Made by a program: the position numbers and the translations under genes
Assembly (NCBI RefSeq): GCF_003334815.1
Contig: NZ_QOWO01000008.1
Length of the DNA: 64,000 nt
Direction: 5' to 3' (one strand)
DNA from: Escherichia coli
GTDB lineage: Bacteria; Pseudomonadota; Gammaproteobacteria; Enterobacterales; Enterobacteriaceae
Notes under the pieces: model-generated
The model's database searches: none
The model's input: the letters and a program-made list of their open reading frames with translations, nothing else
Told to the model about the DNA's origin: nothing
In this document: piece after piece, positions 1-14,434 of the stretch
Position numbering within the stretch: position 1 is the stretch's first letter
Layout: each line of letters opens with the position of its first letter

Positions 1-512
1 TAGGGTTCGACATCGGCACTGCCGGTTCTAAACATCGGGCGATTCTGGCTATCGATGATCTGAATACGTAGACCTTCCTGGACCAGATCGATTTTGAGAT
101 GGGGACGTAACGCCCGCAGTTTCGGATCGGACTCTATCAACTGGTCGAGATCACCCCGCAATTTCCGCAATCGACTTTGCTCCATGCGTTTTTTCAGCTC
201 TTCGATGTTCGGCTGCTTATTCACTTCCCCCTGGCTTTGGGTGTAATCATCACCACCGCCGGGAATTGGGCTTTCACTATTAGAAATGCGATCGCCGCCC
301 GTAACCGCAGTCGCCAGTGGAGTCCGGAAGTACTCCGCAATCTGAATCAGCTCTTTTGGGCTGGAGATGGAGATCAGCCACATCACCAGAAAAAAGGCCA
401 TCATCGCAGTCATAAAGTCGGCATAAGCAATCTTCCACGATCCATGTGCTGCCCCGTGGCTTTTGGCTTTGCGTCGTTTGACGACAATAATCGGATGCGC
501 TTGATTCTTCAT
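1..512 (-). CDS. motB: Flagellar stator protein MotB, N-terminal part only (3' end runs off the window)
   Basis: Minus-strand ATG at 512-510 overlaps the motA stop (ATGA junction) and translates [33 protein letters not shown]..., the MotB N-terminus; open to position 1. Confidence 0.9.
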   Translation of the reverse strand, partial: MKNQAHPIIVVKRRKAKSHGAAHGSWKIAYADFMTAMMAFFLVMWLISISSPKELIQIAEYFRTPLATAVTGGDRISNSESPIPGGGDDYTQSQGEVNKQPNIEELKKRMEQSRLRKLRGDLDQLIESDPKLRALRPHLKIDLVQEGLRIQIIDSQNRPMFRTGSADVEP

Positions 513-1396
513 GCTTCCTCGGTTGTCGTCTGTTGTTGCGGATTTTTCACCGCACGCACATGCTCTTCCAGTTCAATAAACGACGGACGTTCGCTGGAAT
601 AGAGCGTTTTGCGACCAAACTCAACGGCGATAGGCGGTGCGTAACCGTTCAGATTAGAAAGCAGAGTGACTTTGACGCACTGCATCATTTTGCTGGTTTC
701 GGCGCTTTTCTGACGTAAAACAGTCGCTAATGGGGAAATAAATCCGTAAGCCAATAAAATGCCGAGGAAAGTCCCCACCATCGCATGTGCGATAAGCGCA
801 CCCAGCTCGGCGGCAGGACGATCGGCTGAACCTAACGCGTGAACGACCCCCATTACAGCCGCAACAATACCAAACGCCGGAAGTGAGTCCCCGACCAGCG
901 CCAGACTGTTCGCCGGGACTTCTGCCTCGCTTTCGTGCGTCTCAATCTCTTCATCCATCAGAGCTTCGATTTCGAAGGTGTTCATGTGACCGCTGATAAT
1001 CAGGCGCAGATAATCGACGATAAAATCAAGCATGACGCTATCCGCGAGGATGCGTGGGTAGCTGGCGAAGATCTCGCTCTCACGGGGATTTTCAATATCA
1101 CGTTCCAGCGAAAACATCCCCATCTGCCGCGATTTCGCCATCAACCGATAAAGCAGAGCCAGCAGATCCATATACATTGCTTTGGTGTATTTGGAGCGAC
1201 GAAACAGCAACGGCAGCGCCTTCAGCGTGCCTTTAATCGCTTTGCCATTATTGCCGACGATAAACGACCCAATCCCTGCACCGGCAATAATCACCAGTTC
1301 AGCGGGTTGATAGAGTGCTCCAAGGCTTCCACCGGTCATCAAATAACCGCCGAAAACTGTACCGAGAACAACCAGGTAACCTAATAAGATAAGCAC
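509..1396 (-). CDS. motA: Flagellar stator protein MotA (proton channel)
   Basis: 295-aa ORF in track; sequence matches recalled MotA; 4-nt overlap with motB start. Confidence 0.96.
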   Translation of the reverse strand: MLILLGYLVVLGTVFGGYLMTGGSLGALYQPAELVIIAGAGIGSFIVGNNGKAIKGTLKALPLLFRRSKYTKAMYMDLLALLYRLMAKSRQMGMFSLERDIENPRESEIFASYPRILADSVMLDFIVDYLRLIISGHMNTFEIEALMDEEIETHESEAEVPANSLALVGDSLPAFGIVAAVMGVVHALGSADRPAAELGALIAHAMVGTFLGILLAYGFISPLATVLRQKSAETSKMMQCVKVTLLSNLNGYAPPIAVEFGRKTLYSSERPSFIELEEHVRAVKNPQQQTTTEEA

Positions 1397-1464
1397 GACA
1401 TCATCCTTCCACTGTTGACCATGACAGGATGTTCAGTCGTCAGGCGTTAACGCGCGATTGGGGC

Positions 1465-1498
1465 AAAAAAAAGCAGCGGTACGTCGTTACCGCTGCTG
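1465..1498 (-). terminator. Intrinsic terminator downstream of flhC
   Basis: Minus-strand hairpin gcagcggtaacgacgtaccgctgc followed by U8 (A8 on + strand at 1465-1472), just after the flhC stop. Confidence 0.7.
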
Positions 1499-1522
1499 GA
1501 ATGTTGCGCCTCACCGTATCAG

Positions 1523-2101
1523 TTAAACAGCCTGTACTCTCTGTTCATCCAGCAGTTGTGGGATAATATCGGCAGGATTCTGGGAAAGTTTACGTCTTTT
1601 TACTGCCCGGGATGGCGGTTGACATAAGCTGCAGGCAAAGCTGCCAACAGGCTGGTGAGCGTGGGTAATAAAATTGCCGCCGCAGCAGTTGCAGCTGGAA
1701 AGTTGCAGTAATCCACTTTCAACAAACCGCACCAATGTCCAGGCACGGGTTAATGCCAGCAGTGGTCCTTCTTCTGCTTGTGGGCACTGTTCAAGGTATA
1801 AACGGTAGGCTTTGATCACCGCATCGACGCCATTACACAAACCGGTTTTCAGTAAAAACTGCCATGCATTACAGAACATCGAAGCATGAACGTTTTGTTC
1901 CCAGGTCATAAACCAGTCGGTTGAGAATGGCAGCATGCCTTTCGGCGGTGGGCTTCCGCGCAGTTCTTTATAAAGTTTTATCAGGCGTCCGCGACTTAAC
2001 TGTGTTTCGCTTTCCAGCATCTGCAAACGAGCGCCCAGGGTGATCAATTCCATTGCCAGCTGAATATCCCGCGCTTCCTGAACAATGCTTTTTTCACTCA
2101 T
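1523..2101 (-). CDS. flhC: Flagellar master regulator subunit FlhC
   Basis: 192-aa ORF matching recalled FlhC ([27 protein letters not shown]...). Confidence 0.97.
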
Positions 2102-2103
2102 GA

Positions 2104-2454
2104 TCAGGCCCTTTTCTTGCGCAGCGCTTCTTCAGGCTGATTAACATCATTCAGCAAGCGTGTTGAGAGCATGATGCCGGTATGAATTTGCTGGAGATCG
2201 TCAATGCGGGAATCTTGCGTCAACTGAGTAATCGTCTGGTGGCTGTCAAAACGGAAGTGACAAACCAGTTGATTGGTTTCTGCCAGCTTAACCATTTGCG
2301 GAAGAGTCAGTGCCGCTAACGTTGTCGCCATTTCTTCATTTATGCCGAGACGAAACATAGCGGACGCTTTGTCCTGAACAATCAAACGCTGTGCAAGTAG
2401 TAAATATGACAAGTTGATGTCATAAATGTGTTTCAGCAACTCGGAGGTATGCAT
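2104..2454 (-). CDS. flhD: Flagellar master regulator subunit FlhD
   Basis: ORF track gives 119 aa from 2463 ([10 protein letters not shown]...); recalled K-12 FlhD begins [24 protein letters not shown], so start set at 2454; either start is possible. Confidence 0.93.
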
Positions 2455-2715
2455 TATTCCCACCCAGAATAACCAACTTTATTTTTATGCGGTTTCACCG
2501 CACCCCGTGATGTCGCCGGGAAGCCCCGGTAAAAAATAATTAGCATTAGAATAGTTGCGATAAGCTGCAATAAGCAGAACCACCTTTTTGGTTTAATATG
2601 TCCTTACAAATAGAAATGGGTCTTTACACTTATCTAAGATTTTTCCTAAATCGACGCAACTGTACTCGTCACTACACGCACATACAACGGAGGGGGGCTG
2701 CGATTTTCAATAATG

Positions 2716-2731
2716 TGTGATGCAGATCACA
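2716..2731. promoter_or_regulatory. CRP binding site of the flhDC promoter
   Basis: Perfect palindrome TGTGATGCAGATCACA (TGTGA-N6-TCACA) about 270 bp upstream of the flhD start, consistent with the class I CRP site of flhDC. Confidence 0.75.
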
Positions 2732-3233
2732 CAAAACACTCAATTACTTAACATAAATGTATAAGTCATACTTTTGTTTTGGGTGTATTTCAATCTGTTA
2801 AAAAGTTTTTCGCTACGCTAGCAAGCAAAAATGAAACAGGAATAATCGAAATGGGATGTTGCGCACAGTCAAAATAACTCACCGTAAATAATCATCTGCT
2901 ATAAATAATCACTTTCATGCAATACCAGATAAGCTATTTTTAAACAGACACTTACCGCACAACAAACTAATTAAATACAAAGAAAGGCAACAATCAACTT
3001 AATGTTAATGAAATGTTTTACATATATTAACCACTTGTTTAATGCGGAGAATCAGTACACTATTTTCTTATAATTACATTTGAAATTATATGATCACCGG
3101 GAGTGATTGATTAATTGTCTTTACTAATAATCAGACTAATATTTACCTGTTTGACCGAGTTGGGATTGCGTCGTTTCTCCATTAGGAGTAAAGCTTTAAT
3201 GTCACCTGAAGTTCACAGAATAAGGAACAGGTT

Positions 3234-3662
3234 ATGAGCTATAGCAATATTCTTGTCGCTGTTGCGGTTACACCGGAAAGTCAGCAACTGCTGGCAAAAG
3301 CGGTATCTATCGCCAGGCCAGTAAAGGGACACATCAGTTTAATTACTCTCGCTTCCGACCCGGAAATGTACAATCAATTAGCTGCGCCGATGCTTGAAGA
3401 TTTACGCAGCGTGATGCAGGAAGAAACGCAAAGCTTTCTTGATAAGTTAATTCAGGATGCGGGGTATCCCGTTGACAAGACGTTTATTGCCTACGGTGAG
3501 TTAAGCGAACATATTCTGGAAGTATGTCACAAGCATCATTTCGATTTGGTGATTTGCGGTAATCACAATCACAGTTTCTTTTCGCGAGCATCCTGCTCGG
3601 CGAAAAGAGTTATTGCCTCAAGTGAGGTCGATGTGCTGTTAGTTCCACTTACGGGAGATTAA
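3234..3662 (+). CDS. uspC: Universal stress protein C
   Basis: 142-aa ORF with AGGAACAGG Shine-Dalgarno; matches recalled UspC (YecG). Confidence 0.93.
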   Translation: MSYSNILVAVAVTPESQQLLAKAVSIARPVKGHISLITLASDPEMYNQLAAPMLEDLRSVMQEETQSFLDKLIQDAGYPVDKTFIAYGELSEHILEVCHKHHFDLVICGNHNHSFFSRASCSAKRVIASSEVDVLLVPLTGD

Positions 3663-3668
3663 CCGCTC

Positions 3669-7021
<3,353 letters not shown>

Positions 7022-7035
7022 CATACTCTCCTTAC

Positions 7036-8550
7036 TCAGGCAACAGCCTGGCTGACTTTAGGCATCGCAAGGCTCAGTGCCTGACGCTCATCTGCCTGCT
7101 CGTGTAACAATTCACCGGCGATTTCACCTTCCCGCATCACCACAATCCGGTCGGCAACGCCGAGGACTTCAGGTAAGTCGCTGGAGGCAAACAGCACCGC
7201 CACGCCCTGCGCCGCCAGCGCATAAATTACGTTATATATTTCGTGCTTAGCGCCAACATCAATGCCGCGCGTAGGTTCATCCAGCAAAATGACCTTCATC
7301 TCTTCCGATAACCAGCGGCCCAGAATGGCTTTTTGCTGATTTCCGCCTGAGAGATTCATGATCAGTTGCTCCGCGCCCGGCGTTTTGATGTTGAGCGAAC
7401 GAATGTGGTGATCGGCATTGTTTTCTTCCCAACCGTTGTTGATTACACAACCGCCGAGCACATGTTTACGTCTGGCACTGATGTTGATATTGTCGCGAAC
7501 GGAGTGCACGGGAATAATGCCTTCCGCTTTGCGATCTTCCGGGCAGAGCATCATGCCTGCGGCAATGGCGTGGCTCGGTTTACGAATATCGATCGGCTGT
7601 TGGTCGATATAAACCTGACCGGCGGTGATTTGCGTCCCGCCAAACATGCCTTTCATTAATTCGCTACGCCCCGCCCCTACCAGACCAAACAGCCCAACAA
7701 TTTCACCACTGCGAACCGCCAGACTTATTGGCGTACGCACGCCTGGTGCTTTCACAGCATCAAGACGTAGGCGCTCCTCGCCATAACTACGCGGTTGCCA
7801 GCCGTAGATATCGCCAATGTCGCGCCCGACCATCGCCTGCACCAGCGCGTCGTGGTCAACCTGCTGCATATCGGTAAAGGTTTTGACATAACGTCCATCT
7901 TTAAAGACAGTAATGGCATCGCTGAGGGCAAATATTTCTTCCATACGGTGAGAAACGTATAAGATTACCCGCCCCTCTTTTCGCAGTTCACGAATAACGC
8001 GGAAAAGATTGTCGATTTCACGGGCAGAGAGGGAGCTGGTTGGCTCATCAAAGGCGATAATTTTGGCGTTACGCGCCAGCGCTTTGGCGATTTCAACCAT
8101 CTGCCACTGACCAATGGAGAGATATTTCAGCGGCGTGTCCGGGTCAATATCCATACCAAGATGTTTAAGTTGTAAACCCGCCTCATAATTCAGCAATGAG
8201 CGATTCACAATGCCGCCTTTATGCGGCAGCTGGCCGAGATAGATGTTTTCCGCGACGGTCATTTCCGGCACGAGATGCAGTTCCTGGTAAATAATCGCCA
8301 CGCCCGCGTTAAGTGCTGCGGTCGTGTCGGAAAAGGACATTTCCTGCCCATTAATCACTACAGAACCCGTGGTTGGCGCATAGTTGCCGCTGAGGATTTT
8401 TAAGAGAGTTGATTTTCCTGCGCCATTTTCACCCATCAACGCATGAACCTGACCGGCATAGCAGTCAAAACTAATATCCGTCAGCGCCTTAACGCCGGGA
8501 AACGTTTTACCGATGCCGCGAAATGAGAGATACGGGGTAGACTGTTGCAT
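7036..8550 (-). CDS. araG: Arabinose ABC transporter ATP-binding protein (duplicated ABC domains)
   Basis: Track ORF 519 aa; recalled AraG (504 aa) begins [17 protein letters not shown] at ATG 8550; two Walker A motifs ([18 protein letters not shown]). Confidence 0.95.
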
Positions 8551-8619
8551 AACGTCTCCGTGAATCACTGGTCGTTCACACCCCCTCTGCATCATGCAGA
8601 GGGGAATTTTTCCGGCAAA

Positions 8620-9609
8620 TTACTTACCGCCTAAACCTTTTTTCTCCAGTTCTTCTTTAAAGTTGTCACGCGTGATCAGTACCACGTCGGTAACTTCGGT
8701 AAATTTTGGCGGTTCAACGTCTTTTGCTACCCAGTTGTAAAGCATTTCGCTGGATTTATAGCCATGTACGTCCGGGCTTGGCAGCAGGGAACCGTAGAAG
8801 CCGGTTGCCTGTGCTTTAGACAGTTCGCTCACCGCATCCACACCGTTAATGCCAATGCCGATGATATCGGCCGCTTTAAAGCCCTGACCTTCCGTCGCGC
8901 GTACGCCGCCCAGCACGGTGCTGTCGTTCATACCGACGATCAGCCAATGTTTAACTTCCGGATGTTGAACCAGCATTGAGTTGGCAGCGTCAAATGCCCC
9001 CGGGATGTCGTTAGATTTGGTAGGTACCTGATAAATTTGTTTTTCCGGGAATCCGGCCGCTTTCAGCGCATCCATAGATCCCGTAGTACGGCGGCGGGCG
9101 GTATCCAGTTCGTTGGCGGTAATCGCCATCACCGCGCTTTCTTTGACATCCCAGCCACGTTTCTGCATCTCTTTATACAGTTCCTGGCCCTGACGTTCGC
9201 CAATTTTAGTCGCCGCCATCATCACCAGCGGAACGGTATCCATTGGCTTACCTTTGGCGTTAACAAACTGGTCATCCACGGCAATGACTTTCATATCGTA
9301 GCCACGCGCTTTCGCGACGATGGCAGAGCCGAGTTTGGGGTCCGGAGTACAAATAACGAAACCTTTTGCGCCACTGGCAGCCAGGCTGTCGATCGCGTTC
9401 AATGTTTTTTCGCCATCCGGCACGGCAATCTTAATAACCTCAAACCCTAAATCCTTCCCGGCTTTATCGGCAAACTTCCATTCGGTCTGGAACCACGGCT
9501 CTTCCGGTTGCTTCACCAGAAAACCGAGCTTCAGGTTCTCCGCCATAGCGGATTGTGACATAACGGCTGCCAGACCAATGGCTGCCAGGGCTTTAGTAAA
9601 TTTGTGCAT
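8620..9609 (-). CDS. araF: Periplasmic L-arabinose-binding protein
   Basis: Track ORF 346 aa; recalled AraF (329 aa) begins MHKFTKALAAIGLAAVMSQSAMA (signal peptide) at ATG 9609. Confidence 0.95.
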   Translation of the reverse strand: MHKFTKALAAIGLAAVMSQSAMAENLKLGFLVKQPEEPWFQTEWKFADKAGKDLGFEVIKIAVPDGEKTLNAIDSLAASGAKGFVICTPDPKLGSAIVAKARGYDMKVIAVDDQFVNAKGKPMDTVPLVMMAATKIGERQGQELYKEMQKRGWDVKESAVMAITANELDTARRRTTGSMDALKAAGFPEKQIYQVPTKSNDIPGAFDAANSMLVQHPEVKHWLIVGMNDSTVLGGVRATEGQGFKAADIIGIGINGVDAVSELSKAQATGFYGSLLPSPDVHGYKSSEMLYNWVAKDVEPPKFTEVTDVVLITRDNFKEELEKKGLGGK

Positions 9610-9860
9610 GGTTCTCTCCAGCTTTAGTGTCGTTTTGTGTAGGGCAAAAACGAATGACATTCGTTAAATTAATCGGAAAACAAAGCATTACCTTTTAACT
9701 AAAAGATAAGTGACTGTGTTGACATAGTTTTAGCGAGAAATTAATTCTCCATAGGAGAGCAATATCACATCGCAGAATTACAGTGAGAACGTGCATAAAT
9801 TTAGCGGGAAAAGACATAAGGGAAAGCCAATTTGTCAGACAAATTGTCGAATGCACAGCA

Positions 9861-9880
9861 GATTAATCCATAAGATTAGC
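9861..9880 (+). promoter_or_regulatory. Candidate AraC binding half-site upstream of araFGH
   Basis: ATTAATCCATAAGATTAGCC closely resembles the araBAD araI1 element (TATCCATAAGATTAGC); about 250 bp upstream of araF in inverted orientation. Confidence 0.5.
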
Positions 9881-10405
9881 CTGGAAATCCTTGTTGTCTT
9901 TGGTACCCATGCGGGATGTCTTCTTTTTAACCAGTCAATAGGCCGCATTACCTGGCGTTGAGTTTTTGAAATGGTGTAATAACCGCAACTCAAAGATGTG
10001 GAAAATGCACGTCATTCATTTCGTCATTAATTATCACTGTGCTCATTAATTAACAGAACACGTATAATGAGAGCCATCTCGCAAAAATGAAAAAACGTTT
10101 TATAAAATCATCACTTCATCATGAATTCAAATTCATTGATTAATATCAACAAGATACAAAAAGCACTATCATTAAAATTCATTGCAGTTACATTGATTTC
10201 ATCAATGAAATGTAAAAATATATAAACTTGATGATTTAAGCATTTTCTTATACCCGTTCAGACGTTATTCTTATTTCAGATCATCGTCAGAATTGACTCC
10301 ACGATCACATTTCGGACCGGCAGAAAGGAATTATTCTGCAAACAGTAATTATGGTGTTTTGATTTATCTTGCACCTCTCCACTTCTGGATATAAGGATAT
10401 TAGGT

Positions 10406-10909
10406 ATGGCAACCGCTGGAATGCTTCTCAAACTCAACTCTCAAATGAACCGCGAGTTTTACGCATCCAATCTCTACCTTCACCTGAGTAACTGGTGTTC
10501 TGAACAGAGTCTGAACGGCACCGCCACTTTCCTTCGCGCCCAGGCACAGAGTAATGTGACCCAAATGATGCGCATGTTTAACTTTATGAAGAGTGTCGGC
10601 GCTACCCCCATCGTTAAAGCCATTGATGTTCCCGGTGAAAAACTGAACTCTCTGGAAGAACTGTTCCAAAAAACGATGGAAGAATACGAGCAACGTTCTA
10701 GTACGTTGGCACAGTTAGCCGATGAAGCGAAAGAACTGAATGATGATTCAACCGTCAATTTCCTGCGCGATCTGGAAAAAGAACAGCAGCATGATGGTCT
10801 GTTGCTGCAAACCATTCTTGATGAAGTGCGCAGTGCGAAACTTGCGGGTATGTGCCCTGTGCAGACCGACCAACATGTTCTGAATGTCGTGTCACACCAG
10901 CTGCATTGA
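10406..10909 (+). CDS. ftnB: Ferritin-like protein FtnB
   Basis: 167-aa ORF matching recalled FtnB (YecI). Confidence 0.94.
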   Translation: MATAGMLLKLNSQMNREFYASNLYLHLSNWCSEQSLNGTATFLRAQAQSNVTQMMRMFNFMKSVGATPIVKAIDVPGEKLNSLEELFQKTMEEYEQRSSTLAQLADEAKELNDDSTVNFLRDLEKEQQHDGLLLQTILDEVRSAKLAGMCPVQTDQHVLNVVSHQLH

Positions 10910-10954
10910 TCATCATCGGCGCTAATGCATTGCGCCGATGAAGGTTTTGAGAAA

Positions 10955-10989
10955 CCGCTGCCTCATCTGTTTGAAGCAGCGGTTTTTTT
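10955..10989 (+). terminator. Intrinsic terminator after ftnB
   Basis: Hairpin CCGCTGCCTCATCTGTTTGAAGCAGCGG followed by T7. Confidence 0.7.
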
Positions 10990-11239
10990 AATGGGATTCA
11001 CCCTGTGGGGTAAACTTGAGTTCAATAAGCGCGATGGCTTTTTGGATTGCCCGCATGGTGACCGGGTCTGCGGCGGCGGGATGGTTAGTAAAGTCGATAT
11101 TCTTCAGCTGACTGGACATTTTTTCACGAACTTCAACGGGCGCGATTACATCGAGAACATCCAGAATTTGTTTGATAACCAACTGGCAAGCAACCACATC
11201 AGAAACCAATTCCTGATCGGCATTCAGCGGCTGGGACAT
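10988..11239 (-). CDS. yecJ: DUF2766 family protein YecJ
   Basis: 83-aa ORF matching recalled YecJ. Confidence 0.88.
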
Positions 11240-11324
11240 CGTAAACTCCTGATAGCATTTTGAAAGCCGTTATAGTAGCGACTTCACATCTTCAGCGATA
11301 GTCACATCCACCGTCATCAGGACA

Positions 11325-11352
11325 CAAAAAAACCTGCCGGAGCAGGTTTTTT
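11325..11352 (-). terminator. Bidirectional intrinsic terminator (azuC side)
   Basis: A8-CCTGC-CGGA-GCAGG-T6: GC stem flanked by A and T runs, functional in both orientations; abuts the azuC stop. Confidence 0.7.
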
Positions 11353-11353
11353 G

Positions 11354-11440
11354 TTATCGGAACATATTGCCTGGCGGTACGTCTTTGAACGTCTTGCAAT
11401 AGTTATTGAACATACTTTTCAGGATTTTGCGCAGTTTCAT
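11354..11440 (-). CDS. azuC: 28-aa small protein AzuC, encoded on the dual-function AzuCR (IsrB) RNA
   Basis: Hand-translated minus-strand ORF MKLRKILKSMFNNYCKTFKDVPPGNMFR-stop, matching recalled AzuC; below the 60-aa ORF track cutoff. Confidence 0.85.
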   Translation of the reverse strand: MKLRKILKSMFNNYCKTFKDVPPGNMFR

Positions 11441-11702
11441 CGCGGCACTCCGACCATTTGTTATACAGGTGTTATTGTCTTTGCGCTTATAATATGACAA
11501 CCATCACAAAAATCAATCTTTATGTGATACAAATCACATAAATACCCCTTTAATGTTATAAAAATGATAATCAAAAAACAGCCCCCCTATTTCTGACACC
11601 TACAGATGGCAAGAAATAGCGCCTGCCAGGCGTCTTTTCCGGCCATTGTCGCAGCACTGTAACGCGTAAAATAGTGCTTTCTCTTACTCTTCTGGCTGGA
11701 CC

Positions 11703-12026
11703 ATGAGACTTCTGATTCTGACTCTTTCATTAATAACGCTGGCGGGGTGTACGGTTACTCGCCAAGCCCATGTGAGCGAAGTTGACGCGGCAACAGGTAT
11801 TGTACGGTTAGTTTATGACCAGGCTTTTTTGCAGCATGCCCATACCGATCGTTATGTCAGTCGCGGGATCGCCGATCGCGCATGCCAGCAGGAAGGCTAT
11901 ACCCACGCGGTCCCCTTTGGTCAGCCAGTAGGCAACTGTAGCCTTTTTGCGGGTTCCTTATGTTTGAATACGGAATTCACTTTGTCATATCAGTGCCATC
12001 ATTCCGCCTTCCCTGTCTTTCTCTAA
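11703..12026 (+). CDS. yecR: Lipoprotein YecR
   Basis: 107-aa ORF with lipobox LAGC; matches recalled YecR. Confidence 0.9.
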   Translation: MRLLILTLSLITLAGCTVTRQAHVSEVDAATGIVRLVYDQAFLQHAHTDRYVSRGIADRACQQEGYTHAVPFGQPVGNCSLFAGSLCLNTEFTLSYQCHHSAFPVFL

Positions 12027-12196
12027 ATATTTTAATCAGCGAGGGGATCTTCGCTGATTAAAGAAATAGCGGTAATGCGTTTTATTCCCATTCGTATTTT
12101 TAATAATTGAAGTTTATATTTTACCTTTTGCAAATAATAAAATAACAAATTATAGTGACGCCACAGCAACAAATATAACCTTTGTGGAGCACTATC

Positions 12197-12694
12197 ATGC
12201 TGAAACCAGAAATGATTGAAAAACTTAATGAGCAGATGAACCTGGAACTGTACTCTTCACTGCTTTATCAGCAAATGAGCGCCTGGTGCAGCTATCATAC
12301 CTTCGAAGGTGCTGCCGCGTTCCTGCGCCGTCACGCCCAGGAAGAGATGACGCATATGCAGCGTCTGTTTGATTACCTGACTGATACCGGCAATTTACCG
12401 CGTATTAATACCGTTGAATCTCCGTTTGCTGAATATTCCTCACTTGATGAGTTATTCCAGGAAACCTATAAACACGAACAATTAATCACCCAGAAAATTA
12501 ACGAACTGGCTCATGCTGCAATGACCAATCAGGACTACCCAACATTTAATTTCCTGCAATGGTATGTTTCTGAGCAGCATGAAGAAGAGAAACTGTTCAA
12601 ATCGATTATTGATAAATTAAGCCTGGCAGGCAAAAGCGGCGAAGGTCTGTATTTTATCGACAAAGAACTCTCTACCCTCGACACACAAAACTAA
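12197..12694 (+). CDS. ftnA: Ferritin FtnA
   Basis: Track ORF starts at 12182 (MWSTIM...); recalled FtnA (165 aa) begins [19 protein letters not shown] at ATG 12197. Confidence 0.95.
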
Positions 12695-12701
12695 TGCTCT
12701 C

Positions 12702-12730
12702 CGGCGGCAGGTTTACTGCCGCCGTTTCAA
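12702..12730 (+). terminator. Intrinsic terminator between convergent ftnA and yecH
   Basis: Hairpin CGGCGGCAG-GTTTA-CTGCCGCCG followed by TTTCAAAT. Confidence 0.6.
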
Positions 12731-12731
12731 A

Positions 12732-12971
12732 TCAGTGACGGCAAATCTTACTCTGATCGGTCGAAAAACCGTCTTTCGAAGGTATAAATTTGCCTTTTGC
12801 TGCCAGAAACGCTACCAGCTCTCCCGCTGTCATCCCTTCTGCCGAGCAGGTGTGAAAACGTGCCTGTTCACCAAAACGCGCTTTAATCGCAGCTTCCAGA
12901 CTGGCATGCGTATATTGCTCGCCTGATTCAATCATCATATTTAACACTTCATGACCGTGAATAGAGTCCAT
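12732..12971 (-). CDS. yecH: DUF2492 family protein YecH
   Basis: 79-aa ORF matching recalled YecH. Confidence 0.88.
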   Translation of the reverse strand: MDSIHGHEVLNMMIESGEQYTHASLEAAIKARFGEQARFHTCSAEGMTAGELVAFLAAKGKFIPSKDGFSTDQSKICRH

Positions 12972-13161
12972 CGTCCCTCCTCAAAAAAAGCCTAGCGTAG
13001 CGATTGCCGCTTATGAAGACTTTGCGCCAGCGCAGGACTGAATGCTTTTTATTGTACATTTATATTTACACCATATGTAACGTCGGTTTGACGAAGCAGC
13101 CGTTATGCCTTAACCTGCGCCGCAGATATCACTCATAAAGATCGTCAGGACAGAAGAAAGC

Positions 13162-14373
13162 GTGAAAAACAGAACCCTGGGAAGTGTTTTTATCGTGGCG
13201 GGAACCACAATTGGCGCAGGCATGCTGGCAATGCCGCTGGCTGCGGCCGGTGTTGGTTTTAGCGTTACGTTAATCTTGTTGATTGGGCTTTGGGCGTTGA
13301 TGTGCTACACGGCGCTATTACTGCTGGAGGTGTACCAGCATGTTCCGGCAGATACCGGTCTGGGCACGCTGGCAAAACGCTATCTGGGACGCTACGGTCA
13401 ATGGCTGACGGGCTTCAGTATGATGTTCTTAATGTATGCTCTGACTGCGGCATACATCAGCGGTGCCGGTGAATTGTTGGCCTCCAGCATCAGCGACTGG
13501 ACAGGTATTTCTATGTCGGCAACCGCTGGCGTGCTGTTGTTCACTTTTGTTGCCGGTGGCGTGGTTTGTGTCGGAACTTCACTGGTCGATTTATTTAACC
13601 GTTTTCTGTTCAGCGCCAAGATTATTTTTCTGGTGGTAATGCTGGTACTACTGCTGCCGCATATTCACAAAGTGAATCTTTTAACCCTGCCGTTGCAACA
13701 GGGGCTGGCTCTGTCTGCAATCCCGGTGATTTTTACGTCGTTTGGTTTTCACGGTAGCGTGCCGAGTATTGTCAGCTATATGGATGGCAACATTCGTAAG
13801 CTACGCTGGGTGTTTATAATCGGTAGTGCGATCCCCCTGGTGGCATATATTTTCTGGCAGGTGGCGACGCTTGGCAGCATTGATTCAACAACCTTTATGG
13901 GATTGCTGGCTAATCATGCTGGATTAAACGGGCTGTTACAGGCGTTACGCGAAATGGTGGCCTCTCCGCATGTTGAGCTGGCAGTGCATTTATTTGCTGA
14001 TTTAGCCCTCGCCACGTCATTTCTCGGCGTTGCGTTAGGCTTATTTGATTATCTGGCTGATTTATTTCAGCGTTCAAATACCGTTGGTGGACGGTTGCAA
14101 ACTGGTGCAATTACGTTTCTGCCGCCGTTGGCGTTTGCACTGTTTTATCCACGAGGATTTGTGATGGCGCTGGGTTACGCCGGTGTGGCGCTGGCGGTAC
14201 TGGCATTGATTATCCCTTCGCTGTTGACCTGGCAAAGCAGAAAGCACAATCCTCAGGCGGGTTACCGGGTCAAAGGTGGTCGTCCGGCGCTGGTGGTGGT
14301 GTTTCTCTGTGGTATTGCTGTGATTGGCGTGCAATTTTTGATTGCGGCAGGGTTGTTACCAGAAGTGGGGTGA
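13162..14373 (+). CDS. tyrP: Tyrosine-specific permease
   Basis: 403-aa polytopic ORF with GTG start; matches recalled TyrP. Confidence 0.95.
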
Positions 14374-14434
14374 TCAGATAGCCTCAAATTCCTTATTGGG
14401 TGCCAGAATTAACGCTGACACCCAATTTGGCCTC

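Noticed and set aside
177-602. 141-aa + strand ORF at the window start
   Set aside because: Antisense to the motB/motA junction; both overlapping minus-strand frames are real genes.
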